This document shows positions 18,015 to 27,142 of a stretch of 47,175 nt of DNA, in pieces (within the stretch, counting starts at the first letter, position 1; every line of letters begins with the position of its first letter). Below the pieces are notes generated by a model that saw only the letters and a program-made list of their open reading frames with translations, had not been told where the DNA came from and made no database searches. The position numbers and the translations under genes were made by a program. Source of the stretch: a virus (taxonomy: Duplodnaviria; Caudoviricetes); the IMG/VR virus record IMGVR_UViG_3300032316_000300, positions 1 to 47,175 of that record. One strand, given 5' to 3'.

Positions 18015-18544
18015 GTTGGAATTATAGAGTGATGGAGTTTGAAGATGAATTCGAAGGTAAGTATTATGAAATCAAAGAAGTTTATTACAATCGTGATGGC
18101 ACACTTATGGGTTACTGTGACGCTAGTGTCAGTGGTGGGTCTTTTAGTGACATTATTGGTACCCTAGATGCAATGAAAACAGACGCACATAAAACCGTGC
18201 TGAAGCCTAGTGACTTTTGCGAAGAAGCACTAGAACAACAAGAGATAGGCGATGCTGAAATTAAACAGATGCTAAATGATATTGAGTATTATCAAAAGCG
18301 TGTTGAGGAATTGGAACAACCATTGCAAGAATGTAAGTTCTGCAAACAAAGAGAGGTCAACTTTGATGATGAGCCTGAACCTAAAGACCCGCTGTGCAAA
18401 ATATGTGGTAAAGTTCTAGGTAGCACTCAAGAATGTGCATGGACAGGGTGCCCACTTAATTGGGGTGATGAGTCGCGCACAGATGTAATAGGGCAGAACG
18501 GAAATGACGGCTTACACTACGAGGAGACGAAAGATGGCAGCTAA
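18011..18544 (+). CDS. mosaic hypothetical protein with Cys-rich modules
   Basis: AAGGAG RBS before MSWNYRVMEF; CKFC, CKICG...CAWTGC; C-terminal DVIGQNGNDGLHYE. Confidence 0.7.
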   Translation: MSWNYRVMEFEDEFEGKYYEIKEVYYNRDGTLMGYCDASVSGGSFSDIIGTLDAMKTDAHKTVLKPSDFCEEALEQQEIGDAEIKQMLNDIEYYQKRVEELEQPLQECKFCKQREVNFDDEPEPKDPLCKICGKVLGSTQECAWTGCPLNWGDESRTDVIGQNGNDGLHYEETKDGS

Positions 18545-18956
18545 CATAAGACACATAATCAACGGCGAAAAGAACCGCAACGCTGTGCTAGATTATCTGA
18601 AAGGCAAACACGCAACCAGCAAAGAGATTTACATTGCTTTGGGTATGACTAAATCTCAGTTAGCGTTATACACTATACAGTTACAAAAGTCTGGACACAT
18701 AGTTAAGTGCGATGCAGGGGCTAAAGAGTTTAAGTACAAACGAACTAACAAACCTTACTACACAATGGACGCAAAAGATAAACTAATTGATAAGGAGTAT
18801 GGGGTAGAGGTAGACGAGATGCCCGAAATTAAATCAGAACATGCACGTGTAGTTAGATTATTAAGTAAACCATTAGCACCGCCACCGCCACCAAAGAATC
18901 GCAAGAGTATGTATAGCGGTATCCAAAGTGGCTTGTCAATGTTTAGTATGGAGTAA
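18534..18956 (+). CDS. winged-HTH DNA-binding protein
   Basis: GAGGAG RBS; VLDYLKGKHATSKEIYIALGMTKSQLALYTIQLQKSGHI. Confidence 0.7.
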   Translation: MAANIRHIINGEKNRNAVLDYLKGKHATSKEIYIALGMTKSQLALYTIQLQKSGHIVKCDAGAKEFKYKRTNKPYYTMDAKDKLIDKEYGVEVDEMPEIKSEHARVVRLLSKPLAPPPPPKNRKSMYSGIQSGLSMFSME

Positions 18957-18961
18957 AAGAT

Positions 18962-19450
18962 ATGAATCCATTTCATGAAGTAAAAACTAAATCTGTTATC
19001 CGTGAGGCGGTGATACGTGAGGCAATGCGCCCCGATGCTGAGTGGGTTAAGTATTTTAATTTTGATGCAACACGCATTCCTAATGACATACTGGCTCAAG
19101 ACCCTGTGATTGCAGACATTGGCAGTCGTCATCCGTTGATGGGTGGTGTTGTGATGCTACCGCCGAATACGTTTTATAATTGGCACACAGACACACGTAG
19201 AGGTGTAAGTATCAACATGGTGCTGAACCCTTATGATGGTATGAGCCATTGTGTGTTCACCCCTGATAAAGATGTTGTCGTAGGGCAGTTTATTGAGTTA
19301 CAATATAAACCCGACACATACTATGTGTTCAATACACAAGTTAACCACATGGTGCTGAACTTTGAGGAGCCTAGGTTTTTGCTGACGATTGAGTTTGGTG
19401 AGGACAAAGACGCGTTAAGTTATGACGACCTGTTGCTGGAGATACTGTAA
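18962..19450 (+). CDS. cupin / 2OG-Fe(II) oxygenase-like protein
   Basis: HxD (WHTD), distal His (NTQVNHMVLN) and PRFLLTI strand. Confidence 0.7.
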   Translation: MNPFHEVKTKSVIREAVIREAMRPDAEWVKYFNFDATRIPNDILAQDPVIADIGSRHPLMGGVVMLPPNTFYNWHTDTRRGVSINMVLNPYDGMSHCVFTPDKDVVVGQFIELQYKPDTYYVFNTQVNHMVLNFEEPRFLLTIEFGEDKDALSYDDLLLEIL

Positions 19451-19797
19451 TGGGTAAGGGAAAACCAGGCGCAGTATACGAAAAATTTATTGATGGGAGT
19501 ATGAGAATCGTGGGAAGCGGAGCGGATAAAGATTGGGTAGAACCCCAAGCAGAAGCGTGGGATGCAATGCGTAATAAGGTGTGGGGTGTAAACCCTTTAG
19601 ACAAACAAGAAGGTGGCAATCACTACAAGGATATGGCGATACAACCTGTAGAGTTTATCACGGCTAACAATCTTGGGTTCTTGGAAGGCAACGTGGTGAA
19701 GTATATCTGTAGGCATCATGCTAAGAACGGTGCGGAGGATATTAAGAAGGCAATTCATTACTGTGAGTTGTTATTACAAACTAAGTATGGAGGCTAA
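19450..19797 (+). CDS. DUF3310 (T7 gp1.7-like nucleotide kinase family) protein
   Basis: GGNHYK..IQPVEFI..NNLGFLEGNVVKYICR...KNGAEDIKKAIHY. Confidence 0.88.
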   Translation: MGKGKPGAVYEKFIDGSMRIVGSGADKDWVEPQAEAWDAMRNKVWGVNPLDKQEGGNHYKDMAIQPVEFITANNLGFLEGNVVKYICRHHAKNGAEDIKKAIHYCELLLQTKYGG

Positions 19798-19798
19798 C

Positions 19799-20470
19799 GT
19801 GAAAACGTGTAAGAAGTGTGGGGAAACTAAACCGTTAGAAGCATACCCAAAAACTAAAAAAACAAATGATGGGCATTCAGGTTCGTGTAAAGAATGCCGC
19901 AATGCATACGTAGTAGCATGGAGCGCGAGAAACCCAGAAAAAATTCGTGAGATTAAAGCTAAGTACAGAGCAAAAAACCCTGATAAAGGACGTAAAGATT
20001 ATGATATTTATTTAGCTCGTGTGGGTAAGTCTAGGTATAAACCTAAAACTCCAGAAGAAATACGAGAGCGAAAGAATGAATATAACAGTAGATGGAAGAA
20101 AGAGGACAGAAAAAAACATCCTGAGAAATATAAAAACTCGCCACGTAAGCTAGAGTGGCAAAGAATGGACAGGCTTAAGCACCCTGAAAAATACAGGGAG
20201 TATGTAAAAATTTGTTATTATAGACATCGCCAAAAATATATAGCTAAAGCACATGAATGGTATAAAGCTAATAGAGAATATGTGGTGGAAAAACAAAAAG
20301 TATATAACCGAAATCGGGTAGCTAGTTTAGCTGACCGATATGTAATATCTTTAATCAAAGGGAAAGGAGGAAAACTTACTGACATTCCGCAAGAACTTAT
20401 TGAAGTAAAACGTTTACAATTAAAAATTAGGAGAATGGCAAATGAAATCAGTAACAGCACTACGAAATGA
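19799..20470 (+). CDS. basic Zn-finger protein resembling HNH N-termini but lacking a nuclease domain
   Basis: GGAGG RBS before GTG 19799; KTCKKCGETKP...CKEC; Lys/Arg-rich repeats (KHPEKYK, KHPEKYR). Confidence 0.65.
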   Translation: MKTCKKCGETKPLEAYPKTKKTNDGHSGSCKECRNAYVVAWSARNPEKIREIKAKYRAKNPDKGRKDYDIYLARVGKSRYKPKTPEEIRERKNEYNSRWKKEDRKKHPEKYKNSPRKLEWQRMDRLKHPEKYREYVKICYYRHRQKYIAKAHEWYKANREYVVEKQKVYNRNRVASLADRYVISLIKGKGGKLTDIPQELIEVKRLQLKIRRMANEISNSTTK

Positions 20471-20636
20471 ACTAGCAGATGTATTTGATAAATTAAACGC
20501 AGGGATTATCAAACCTAAAGAGGCAGGTGAACTTGCCAACGTAGCAGGTAAGATGATTAACAGCGCAAAGGTTCAGCTTGAATACTATGCACTACGTAAA
20601 GAAACCCCAACGATTGATTTTCTAAAGGGCGAGTAA
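20442..20636 (+). CDS. small hypothetical protein
   Basis: GGAG RBS; LRNELADVFDKL...ANVAGKMINSAKVQLEY. Confidence 0.75.
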   Translation: MKSVTALRNELADVFDKLNAGIIKPKEAGELANVAGKMINSAKVQLEYYALRKETPTIDFLKGE

Positions 20637-20637
20637 G

Positions 20638-20772
20638 ATGTGGGTACTACTTGACGATGAAGGCGAAGTCGTTAGGTACTTCAACTACCCAGCTAAGAAT
20701 GCAGTAGAGGTAGTAGAAAAGAAGTTAACCTTTGATGAAATGATTGAACAACTAGGAGAATGTTTATTATGA
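20638..20772 (+). CDS. small hypothetical protein (44 aa, not in ORF track)
   Basis: MWVLLDDEGEVVRYFNYPAKNAVEVVEKKLTFDEMIEQLGECLL fills the gap exactly, with ATGA coupling to the next gene. Confidence 0.55.
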   Translation: MWVLLDDEGEVVRYFNYPAKNAVEVVEKKLTFDEMIEQLGECLL

Positions 20773-20972
20773 GTGAACCACAAGGAGCGGGAGTACCGCT
20801 AACAGATGCACAGTTACATGCAACATTATCAGCTATGCACCACGGCTTAATTACTATGCAAGCTAGGCTTGATGACCACGAGAAAGTACTTGAGAAGCTG
20901 ATGCTTGTCATGCAAGAATTGACCGTTGGGCAAGTACCTAATGGATTTAGACAACCGAAGCAGGTAAACTAG
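20769..20972 (+). CDS. hypothetical coiled-coil protein
   Basis: AGGAG RBS; MSEPQGAGVPL... Confidence 0.65.
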   Translation: MSEPQGAGVPLTDAQLHATLSAMHHGLITMQARLDDHEKVLEKLMLVMQELTVGQVPNGFRQPKQVN

Positions 20973-20976
20973 TCAA

Positions 20977-21037
20977 TGGGGGAAAGCGCACGATATATTG
21001 TGCTCACTTTATTAATCGTAATTACGTTAGTACCCCA
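20977..21037 (+). ncRNA. candidate structured RNA with bulged-G (loop E / sarcin-ricin-type) motif
   Basis: TGGGG-GAA-AGCG ... CGTT-AGTA-CCCCA closing helices filling an intergenic gap. Confidence 0.45.
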
Positions 21038-21057
21038 CCTTTTACATGGAGCGTAAC

Positions 21058-21228
21058 ATGGAATTAAATAGAACAAACCACCTACACAGATGGATGTGGT
21101 GGACAAAAGGCGAGTGCGTAGTAGAAGTATTAAGGACAGGGCATTTTCCTACGACCGCTATGGTAGTCCTACCTAATGATAAACAAACTGAAATTGATAT
21201 TAACGAACTTGAAATGCCGAGAGATTGA
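21058..21228 (+). CDS. hypothetical protein
   Basis: GGAG RBS; WMWWTKGECVVEVLRTGHFPTTAMV. Confidence 0.6.
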   Translation: MELNRTNHLHRWMWWTKGECVVEVLRTGHFPTTAMVVLPNDKQTEIDINELEMPRD

Positions 21229-21229
21229 T

Positions 21230-21526
21230 ATGGCGGCTACACCTGAAAAGAAAGTAAAAGATGCGGTTACTAAAATTCTTAAAGAATATAACGCTTATTA
21301 TTTTTATCCCGCCACTGGCGGGTTTGGTCGCAGTGGCGTTCCTGACATCGTTGCTTGTTTCCGTGGGCATTTCATTGGTATCGAATGTAAGGCAGGGAAT
21401 AACACGACGACTGCATTGCAAGACCGAGAGTTAGCAAAGATTGAGGAAGCTGGTGGTCGTGCTATGGTTATCAACGAAACTAATATTACTGATGTTAGAG
21501 AGGCACTAGATGCAATTGGCTATTGA
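21230..21526 (+). CDS. VRR-NUC nuclease / Holliday junction resolvase
   Basis: TPEKKVK, GVPDIVAC, FIGIECKA, LQ, AGG: PD-(D/E)XK VRR-NUC pattern. Confidence 0.9.
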   Translation: MAATPEKKVKDAVTKILKEYNAYYFYPATGGFGRSGVPDIVACFRGHFIGIECKAGNNTTTALQDRELAKIEEAGGRAMVINETNITDVREALDAIGY

Positions 21527-21686
21527 GTATATACTTTGCTATAGCGTAGCGTTTGGGGTGGGGTTTATTATGGGAGTAGGTACAGTAATGCTACTTCAAA
21601 TTAACGACCGCCGCAGACAAGCGATTATAGATAAACGTATGAAACAAATTAGAAAAGATAACAACAGGAGATACCATGGCGGATGA
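21510..21686 (+). CDS. small single-pass membrane protein (58 aa, not in ORF track)
   Basis: MQLAIEYILCYSVAFGVGFIMGVGTVMLLQINDRRRQAIIDKRMKQIRKDNNRRYHGG; overlaps both neighbours. Confidence 0.55.
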   Translation: MQLAIEYILCYSVAFGVGFIMGVGTVMLLQINDRRRQAIIDKRMKQIRKDNNRRYHGG

Positions 21687-21873
21687 AGCCGATTTAGCAC
21701 AAGCTAATTCAGAACTAGACGATTTACTTCGTCGCAAGTATACTAAGAAACCTGGGCTCGAAGCAGAGGCTACAGGTGAATGCTTGAATTGTTTTGAACC
21801 AATAGAAGAAGTAGGTAAACGCTGGTGCGATGCTGACTGTCAACACGACTGGGAATTACGGAGGAGAAGGTAG
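21676..21873 (+). CDS. TraR/DksA-family C4 Zn-finger protein
   Basis: N-terminal DEADLA motif plus CLNC...WCDADC; AGGAG RBS. Confidence 0.8.
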   Translation: MADEADLAQANSELDDLLRRKYTKKPGLEAEATGECLNCFEPIEEVGKRWCDADCQHDWELRRRR

Positions 21874-22098
21874 ATGTTTAGTAAAGTGGTTTATAGAATT
21901 AACGACCACAAGTATAAAGTTGAAAGTACGGACACAGAAGGCAAGCTAGATAGAATCCAATACTATAAAAGTCTAGATGCCATGCCTGAAGATTTAGGCA
22001 ACAAAGTAAAACAATTATTGTGGACAAGTACAAATGACCAATCAATCACCGAAGAACTTGGAGTACGGATTGGTGATAATATATTTTGGATTATCTAA
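21874..22098 (+). CDS. hypothetical protein
   Basis: 74 aa with GGAG RBS. Confidence 0.65.
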   Translation: MFSKVVYRINDHKYKVESTDTEGKLDRIQYYKSLDAMPEDLGNKVKQLLWTSTNDQSITEELGVRIGDNIFWII

Positions 22099-22109
22099 CG
22101 GAAAATAGA

Positions 22110-23969
22110 ATGAAAATAATAACACTAGATTTTGAAACCTATTACGACAAAGACTTTTCGCTATCAAAAATTACAACCGAAGAGTATGTGCGTAGCAAAC
22201 AGTTTGAAGTGATTGGTGTAGCTACTAAGGTTGATGACGGTCCGATTGTGTGGGTGGCAGGTTCGTATAAAGAACTTAAAGCACACCTTGATTCACTACC
22301 GTGGGGCGACCACCTTATGCTTGCACAGAACACAGCGTTCGATGCGGCTATCCTCAATTGGCGATTCGGAATTAAACCCGTAGGCTACTTGGATACAATG
22401 AGCATGGCGATGGCTATCCACGGACTAGAACAATCTGTAAGCCTAGCTAACCTAGCTAAGGTCTATGGCGAAGAAGACAAGGGCGAACAGGTCAAGCAGT
22501 ACATCGGCTATCATCGCAAAGACTTCTCACCACTAGAGCTTGAGGACTACGGTGTCTACTGTAAACATGACGTAGAGATTTGCTATAACGTGTTTAACAA
22601 GATGCTACCTAACTTCCCTAAGACAGAACTACGCGTGGTTGATTTAACTATCCGTATGTTTGCCGAGCCTATCCTAGAACTAGACGAGAAGCTATTGGTA
22701 GATGACTTGATGCAGATTCGTGCAGACAAGCGTGGTTCGTTAGTAACCATGATGAACTTACTAGGTGTTAAGAATGAGGACACCCTCAAGAAACAATTGA
22801 TGAGTAACGACAAGTTTGCAGAGTTACTCAAGTCACGTGGGGTTGAACCACCTACTAAGATTAGTGACAAGACAGGCAAGGAAGCATGGGCATTCGCTAA
22901 GACCGACGAGGAGTTTACAGACCTCATGGACAGCGAAGACCCGATGATTGCTACCCTAGTAGCAACGCGCTTGGCTAACAAGTCGACCATCGGTGAGACA
23001 AGAACAGAATCATATGCAGACATTGCAGCACGTGGTACATATCCGTTCTCATTGAAATACTCAGGGGCGATGATTACCCACCGCTGGTCGGGCTTTGATA
23101 CTAACCCACAGAACTTGCCACGTGGTTCGACACTACGTAAAGCAATCATGGCACCTGATGGACACCAGCTAGTAGTAGCTGACTTGAGTAACATTGAGTT
23201 ACGCTTGGGTATGTGGCTTGCTGGTCAACACGATGCGATACAACAGATTAACGATGGTATGGACTTGTATAAAGTATTTGCATCTGAGGCGTTTAACTTG
23301 GACTACAAAAAGATTGGTAAAGACAGTAACGAACGGTTCATTGCAAAGGTCTGTTGCCTATCACTAATCTATGGTACAGGGGCAATTAAGTTACGCGAGA
23401 CCATCCGTATTCAAAGCAAGGGCAAGACGACCGTATCAGCTAACGAAGCAGAACGCTTAAAGACTTTGTATCGTGATAAGAATACTAACGTTGCTGATGC
23501 GTGGCGCGAAGGTGGGTATGTACTGGAGTGGATTAAGAACAATGAGTCGCATACGGTGTATGACTTCTTACCTGTGCTTGGTTCAGCTGGGATTATTAAA
23601 CCTAATGGCTTATCGCTACCATACCCTAACTTGACTGAGAGCTTGGGGGCTAAAGGGAACGAGTGGCATTATGATGTGCGCCGTGGTCGTGCAACGATGA
23701 AGGATAAAGTGTACGGCTCAAAGGTTTTCCAACGTGTAACACAAAGCCTAGCACGTGACATTATGGCAGAACATACTATCAACATTAACAAAAAGTATTG
23801 GGTTGCAGGGTTGGTACATGATGAGGTAATATGTGTGGTACCTGATGGTGAAGTGGAAGAAGCAAAGACATACATCACACAGATGATGCGTACACCACCA
23901 GCATGGGCTAAAGACTTACCACTAGATTGCGAAGTAGGTTCGGGGAAAAGATATGGCAACGCTAAGTAA
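22110..23969 (+). CDS. polA: family A DNA polymerase with 3'-5' exonuclease
   Basis: ExoI LDFET, ExoII QNTAFD, ExoIII YCKHDV; motif A DLSNIELR, motif B KVCCLSLIYG, motif C VHDE. Confidence 0.95.
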   Translation: MKIITLDFETYYDKDFSLSKITTEEYVRSKQFEVIGVATKVDDGPIVWVAGSYKELKAHLDSLPWGDHLMLAQNTAFDAAILNWRFGIKPVGYLDTMSMAMAIHGLEQSVSLANLAKVYGEEDKGEQVKQYIGYHRKDFSPLELEDYGVYCKHDVEICYNVFNKMLPNFPKTELRVVDLTIRMFAEPILELDEKLLVDDLMQIRADKRGSLVTMMNLLGVKNEDTLKKQLMSNDKFAELLKSRGVEPPTKISDKTGKEAWAFAKTDEEFTDLMDSEDPMIATLVATRLANKSTIGETRTESYADIAARGTYPFSLKYSGAMITHRWSGFDTNPQNLPRGSTLRKAIMAPDGHQLVVADLSNIELRLGMWLAGQHDAIQQINDGMDLYKVFASEAFNLDYKKIGKDSNERFIAKVCCLSLIYGTGAIKLRETIRIQSKGKTTVSANEAERLKTLYRDKNTNVADAWREGGYVLEWIKNNESHTVYDFLPVLGSAGIIKPNGLSLPYPNLTESLGAKGNEWHYDVRRGRATMKDKVYGSKVFQRVTQSLARDIMAEHTININKKYWVAGLVHDEVICVVPDGEVEEAKTYITQMMRTPPAWAKDLPLDCEVGSGKRYGNAK

Positions 23970-24564
23970 TTACAAATACAATTCACCAGCTAATCGGAAA
24001 CAAGTAGTTAACTACTTAAACGACCAGACCAAGTTTTGGCACAACTACACCGACAAGTGCTGGTATGACGATGGGTATGATGAAGATGATGTGAACGAGA
24101 TTGTAGCGTCACTTAAGATGGCGGTTGACCAAGGCACTAGCACTCTACTTAGAGACTGCATTAAATCAGAAACACCATCCGCAAATCTACGACTATTAAA
24201 AGTAGCGAAACGGATACCGTTTTTTGATTACCCTTTTGAGCCTAAAGCACCACAGGTTAAGAAAGCTGTTGTTAGAGAACACTACATTAACAGGGATGAA
24301 GATACTATTACGCATATCCCTAAGATTGAACCGCCTAAACCTAAGCCTGTACCGAAATGGTATACGGTTGAAGAAGACTGCCACGAGGTAGAGAGGTGGT
24401 TATCTATTATTGAATCAGTAGATAACTTGGAAATTATCAGAACACCTGAGTCAGTTAGGAATATCGCTAAGTGGATTAGGGAAGATGAGCATGCTAATTA
24501 TAGACGCAAGAATCCCATTGCGTGTGACCAAGTGCGTGACATACTAAAGGAGTTTGAAAAATAA
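23953..24564 (+). CDS. hypothetical protein
   Basis: 203-aa ORF overlapping the polA stop; no motif recognised. Confidence 0.7.
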   Translation: MATLSNYKYNSPANRKQVVNYLNDQTKFWHNYTDKCWYDDGYDEDDVNEIVASLKMAVDQGTSTLLRDCIKSETPSANLRLLKVAKRIPFFDYPFEPKAPQVKKAVVREHYINRDEDTITHIPKIEPPKPKPVPKWYTVEEDCHEVERWLSIIESVDNLEIIRTPESVRNIAKWIREDEHANYRRKNPIACDQVRDILKEFEK

Positions 24565-25245
24565 ATGGCTTATAGTTACTCGGCAATAAAAGCATTCAAG
24601 AACTGCCAACGACAGTATTATGAAACACGGATACTAAAGAACTGGCCGTTTCCCGAAACAGAAGCCATCATGTACGGCAAGGATGTGCATAAGGCGCTTG
24701 AAGATTATATTGGTGAGAACAAGCCGTTAGGTCCGCATACTAGGTTCCAACCTATTGCTGATTCAATCAAAGCATTAGAAGGTGAGAAGCTAACTGAGTT
24801 TGAGATGGCGCTTGATGATAACTTAAATCCGTGTGAGTTCTTAGGTAAAGATGTTTTCATACGTGGTATCGCTGACATCGTAGTGGTGGACAAAGAAAAG
24901 AAACGTGCGTATATAGGCGACTACAAAACAGGCAGTGCTAAGTATCCTGACACAGACCAACTAGAACTTATGGCGTTGATGATATTCAGATATTTCCCTG
25001 AAGTAGAGCATGTAAAAGCCGCCCTTTTATTTATTGTTCATGATAAAGTAGTGACTGCTGAATACCACAAAAAAGACGCAAAGCCTAAATGGAAGCAGTG
25101 GCTGGCTAAGGTAGAAACAATGGAACAAGCCGCTGCTATGAACATTTACCATGAGAATCCCACAGGGCTATGCGGGTGGTGTGAAGTAACAACATGCCCA
25201 CACAACACTAAAGACAGACGAATAAGGAAATCAAAATATGCCTAG
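24565..25245 (+). CDS. PD-(D/E)XK (RecB/Cas4-like) exonuclease
   Basis: SYSAIKAFKNC, GKDVH, RGIAD, IGDYKTG, QLELMA, C-terminal CGWC....C. Confidence 0.9.
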   Translation: MAYSYSAIKAFKNCQRQYYETRILKNWPFPETEAIMYGKDVHKALEDYIGENKPLGPHTRFQPIADSIKALEGEKLTEFEMALDDNLNPCEFLGKDVFIRGIADIVVVDKEKKRAYIGDYKTGSAKYPDTDQLELMALMIFRYFPEVEHVKAALLFIVHDKVVTAEYHKKDAKPKWKQWLAKVETMEQAAAMNIYHENPTGLCGWCEVTTCPHNTKDRRIRKSKYA

Positions 25246-25513
25246 AAAACCAAACCTACCCAAAGGCGACCCTGAATGGAAACGCGAATGGGAATACCAA
25301 AAGAAAACTGGTGAAAATAAAAAGAATACCGAACGTGCGAAAGCCCGTCGGATGTATGATAAACTTGGAATCGACCGTAAAGGTAAACAGATAGACCACA
25401 TAAAACCGCTTGAAGCGGGTGGCAAAACTACTAAAGGTAACTTGAAACTTGTTTCAGTTGCCGCAAACGAAAAGAAAAATCTCCATCACAAAGGAGAAAA
25501 GAAAGGTAAGTAA
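25238..25513 (+). CDS. HNH endonuclease
   Basis: QIDHIKPLEAGGKTTKGNLKLVSVAANEKK. Confidence 0.85.
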   Translation: MPRKPNLPKGDPEWKREWEYQKKTGENKKNTERAKARRMYDKLGIDRKGKQIDHIKPLEAGGKTTKGNLKLVSVAANEKKNLHHKGEKKGK

Positions 25514-27078
25514 TGGAGATAGTAGATAACAAAGCATTATTAGTAACAGTAAGAAACCCAAAACGATTTACCGATGTAATCCCAAGCAGCGTAAACCTAG
25601 GCGAAGTATCCGAAGGTATATATGAACTGATGGTTAAGTGGGACTATGATAATACTGTAGCCCTAACTAAACTAGGATTAAAGAAAGTACCATCTGTTAT
25701 TGATAAAGAATATAGATGGGCTGGTAAGTTCAAACCAATGGCTCACCAAAAAGAGACAGCTGGGTTTATTGTTAATAATCAGAAGTGCTTTGTTTTCAAC
25801 GAGCAAGGTGTAGGTAAGACAGCAAGCGCGGCATGGGCAGTAGACTACTTGATGACCAAAGGTAAGGTTAAACGAGTGCTAGTCGTCTGCCCATTGTCTA
25901 TTATGAAAGCTGCATGGCAACGCGATTTATTCCAAGTCCTACCCCATCGTTCAGTAGGCATTGCACATGGCACACCCAAATCACGTCGTACTGTCATTGA
26001 AGGCAACTACGAGTTTGTCATACTAAACTTTGACGGCATTGAGATTGTGCTACAAGAATTAAAAGATGCTAACTTTGACTGTATCATCGTGGACGAAGCT
26101 AATGCTTTAAAGTCTACACAGACACGTAGATGGAAAGCGTTTAAACATCTAGTTAAACCTGAGACACGCCTAGTGTTAATGACAGGTACACCAGCGGCAC
26201 AATCCCCTGAAGATGCGTATGGGTTAGCTAAGTTAGTCAGCCCACAAAACGTACCAGCCTTTGTAAGCGGTTGGAAAGACCTAGTGATGCAAAAGATTAG
26301 TACGTTTAAATGGATACCACGCCCACGTGCGAAAGACATTGTATACAAAGCATTACAACCAGCTATCCGATTTACTAAAGAAGAATGCCTAGACTTACCT
26401 GACATCACATACGAAACACGTGAGGTTCCAATGACCCCACAACAAGAGAAGTACTACCAAGTATTACGTAAACAATTGCTTATCGAAGCGGCTGGTGAAT
26501 CGGTAAGTGCAGTCAATGCGGCGGCAAAGCTAAACAAGTTATTACAAATCTCATGCGGTGCAGTATATTCTGATGATGGCGCTCCGCTGTACTTTGATAT
26601 CAGTAACCGCTTGGCAGAACTAGAGGCTGTGATTGACGAGAGCCTAAAGAAAGTTATTGTGTTTGCACCGTTTACTCATACGATTGAAGTGATAGAACAG
26701 TTCCTAACTAAAAAGAAAATAACCTGTGCAGTAATCAATGGAGCAGTATCGGCTAACAAACGCGCTACGCATATTCAGAACTTCCAAGAACTACCCGACC
26801 CTCGTGTATTGATTATCCAACCACAAGCGGCAGCACATGGAATTACATTGACTGCGGCGAACACCGTAGTTTGGTTTGGTCCTACGTCAAGCGTTGAGAC
26901 CTACCTACAGGCAAATGCACGTGCGCATCGTAAGGGGCAAGACCACAAAGTTACTGTAATTATGATTCAAGGTAGCCCTGCGGAAAGCCATATGTATACC
27001 ATGCTGAATGGTAAAGTTGACTCCCACAACCAACTGATTGATTTGTATAACAACATATTATCTGATAAGACTGAATAA
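25513..27078 (+). CDS. SNF2-family superfamily 2 helicase
   Basis: EQGVGKT, VVCPLS, IVDEA, MTGTP, HGITLT, QANARAHRKGQ. Confidence 0.93.
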   Translation: MEIVDNKALLVTVRNPKRFTDVIPSSVNLGEVSEGIYELMVKWDYDNTVALTKLGLKKVPSVIDKEYRWAGKFKPMAHQKETAGFIVNNQKCFVFNEQGVGKTASAAWAVDYLMTKGKVKRVLVVCPLSIMKAAWQRDLFQVLPHRSVGIAHGTPKSRRTVIEGNYEFVILNFDGIEIVLQELKDANFDCIIVDEANALKSTQTRRWKAFKHLVKPETRLVLMTGTPAAQSPEDAYGLAKLVSPQNVPAFVSGWKDLVMQKISTFKWIPRPRAKDIVYKALQPAIRFTKEECLDLPDITYETREVPMTPQQEKYYQVLRKQLLIEAAGESVSAVNAAAKLNKLLQISCGAVYSDDGAPLYFDISNRLAELEAVIDESLKKVIVFAPFTHTIEVIEQFLTKKKITCAVINGAVSANKRATHIQNFQELPDPRVLIIQPQAAAHGITLTAANTVVWFGPTSSVETYLQANARAHRKGQDHKVTVIMIQGSPAESHMYTMLNGKVDSHNQLIDLYNNILSDKTE

Positions 27079-27083
27079 AACTG

Positions 27084-27112
27084 TTGACGATGTTGTATGA
27101 CATTAGTACAAT
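27084..27112 (+). promoter_or_regulatory. sigma70 promoter for the SSB/primase block
   Basis: TTGACG, 17 nt, TACAAT in an intergenic gap. Confidence 0.75.
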
Positions 27113-27142
27113 GGTTCCTGCTGTTTAGTTAAGGAGAATGAT

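Noticed and set aside
22583-23194. 203-aa antisense ORF in polA, and similar shadow ORFs throughout
   Set aside because: Fully nested opposite well-supported genes, with no RBS or recognisable motifs.
24565-25245. Cas4-like nuclease as evidence of CRISPR-Cas
   Set aside because: No other cas gene or array; such exonucleases are routine in phage replication modules.
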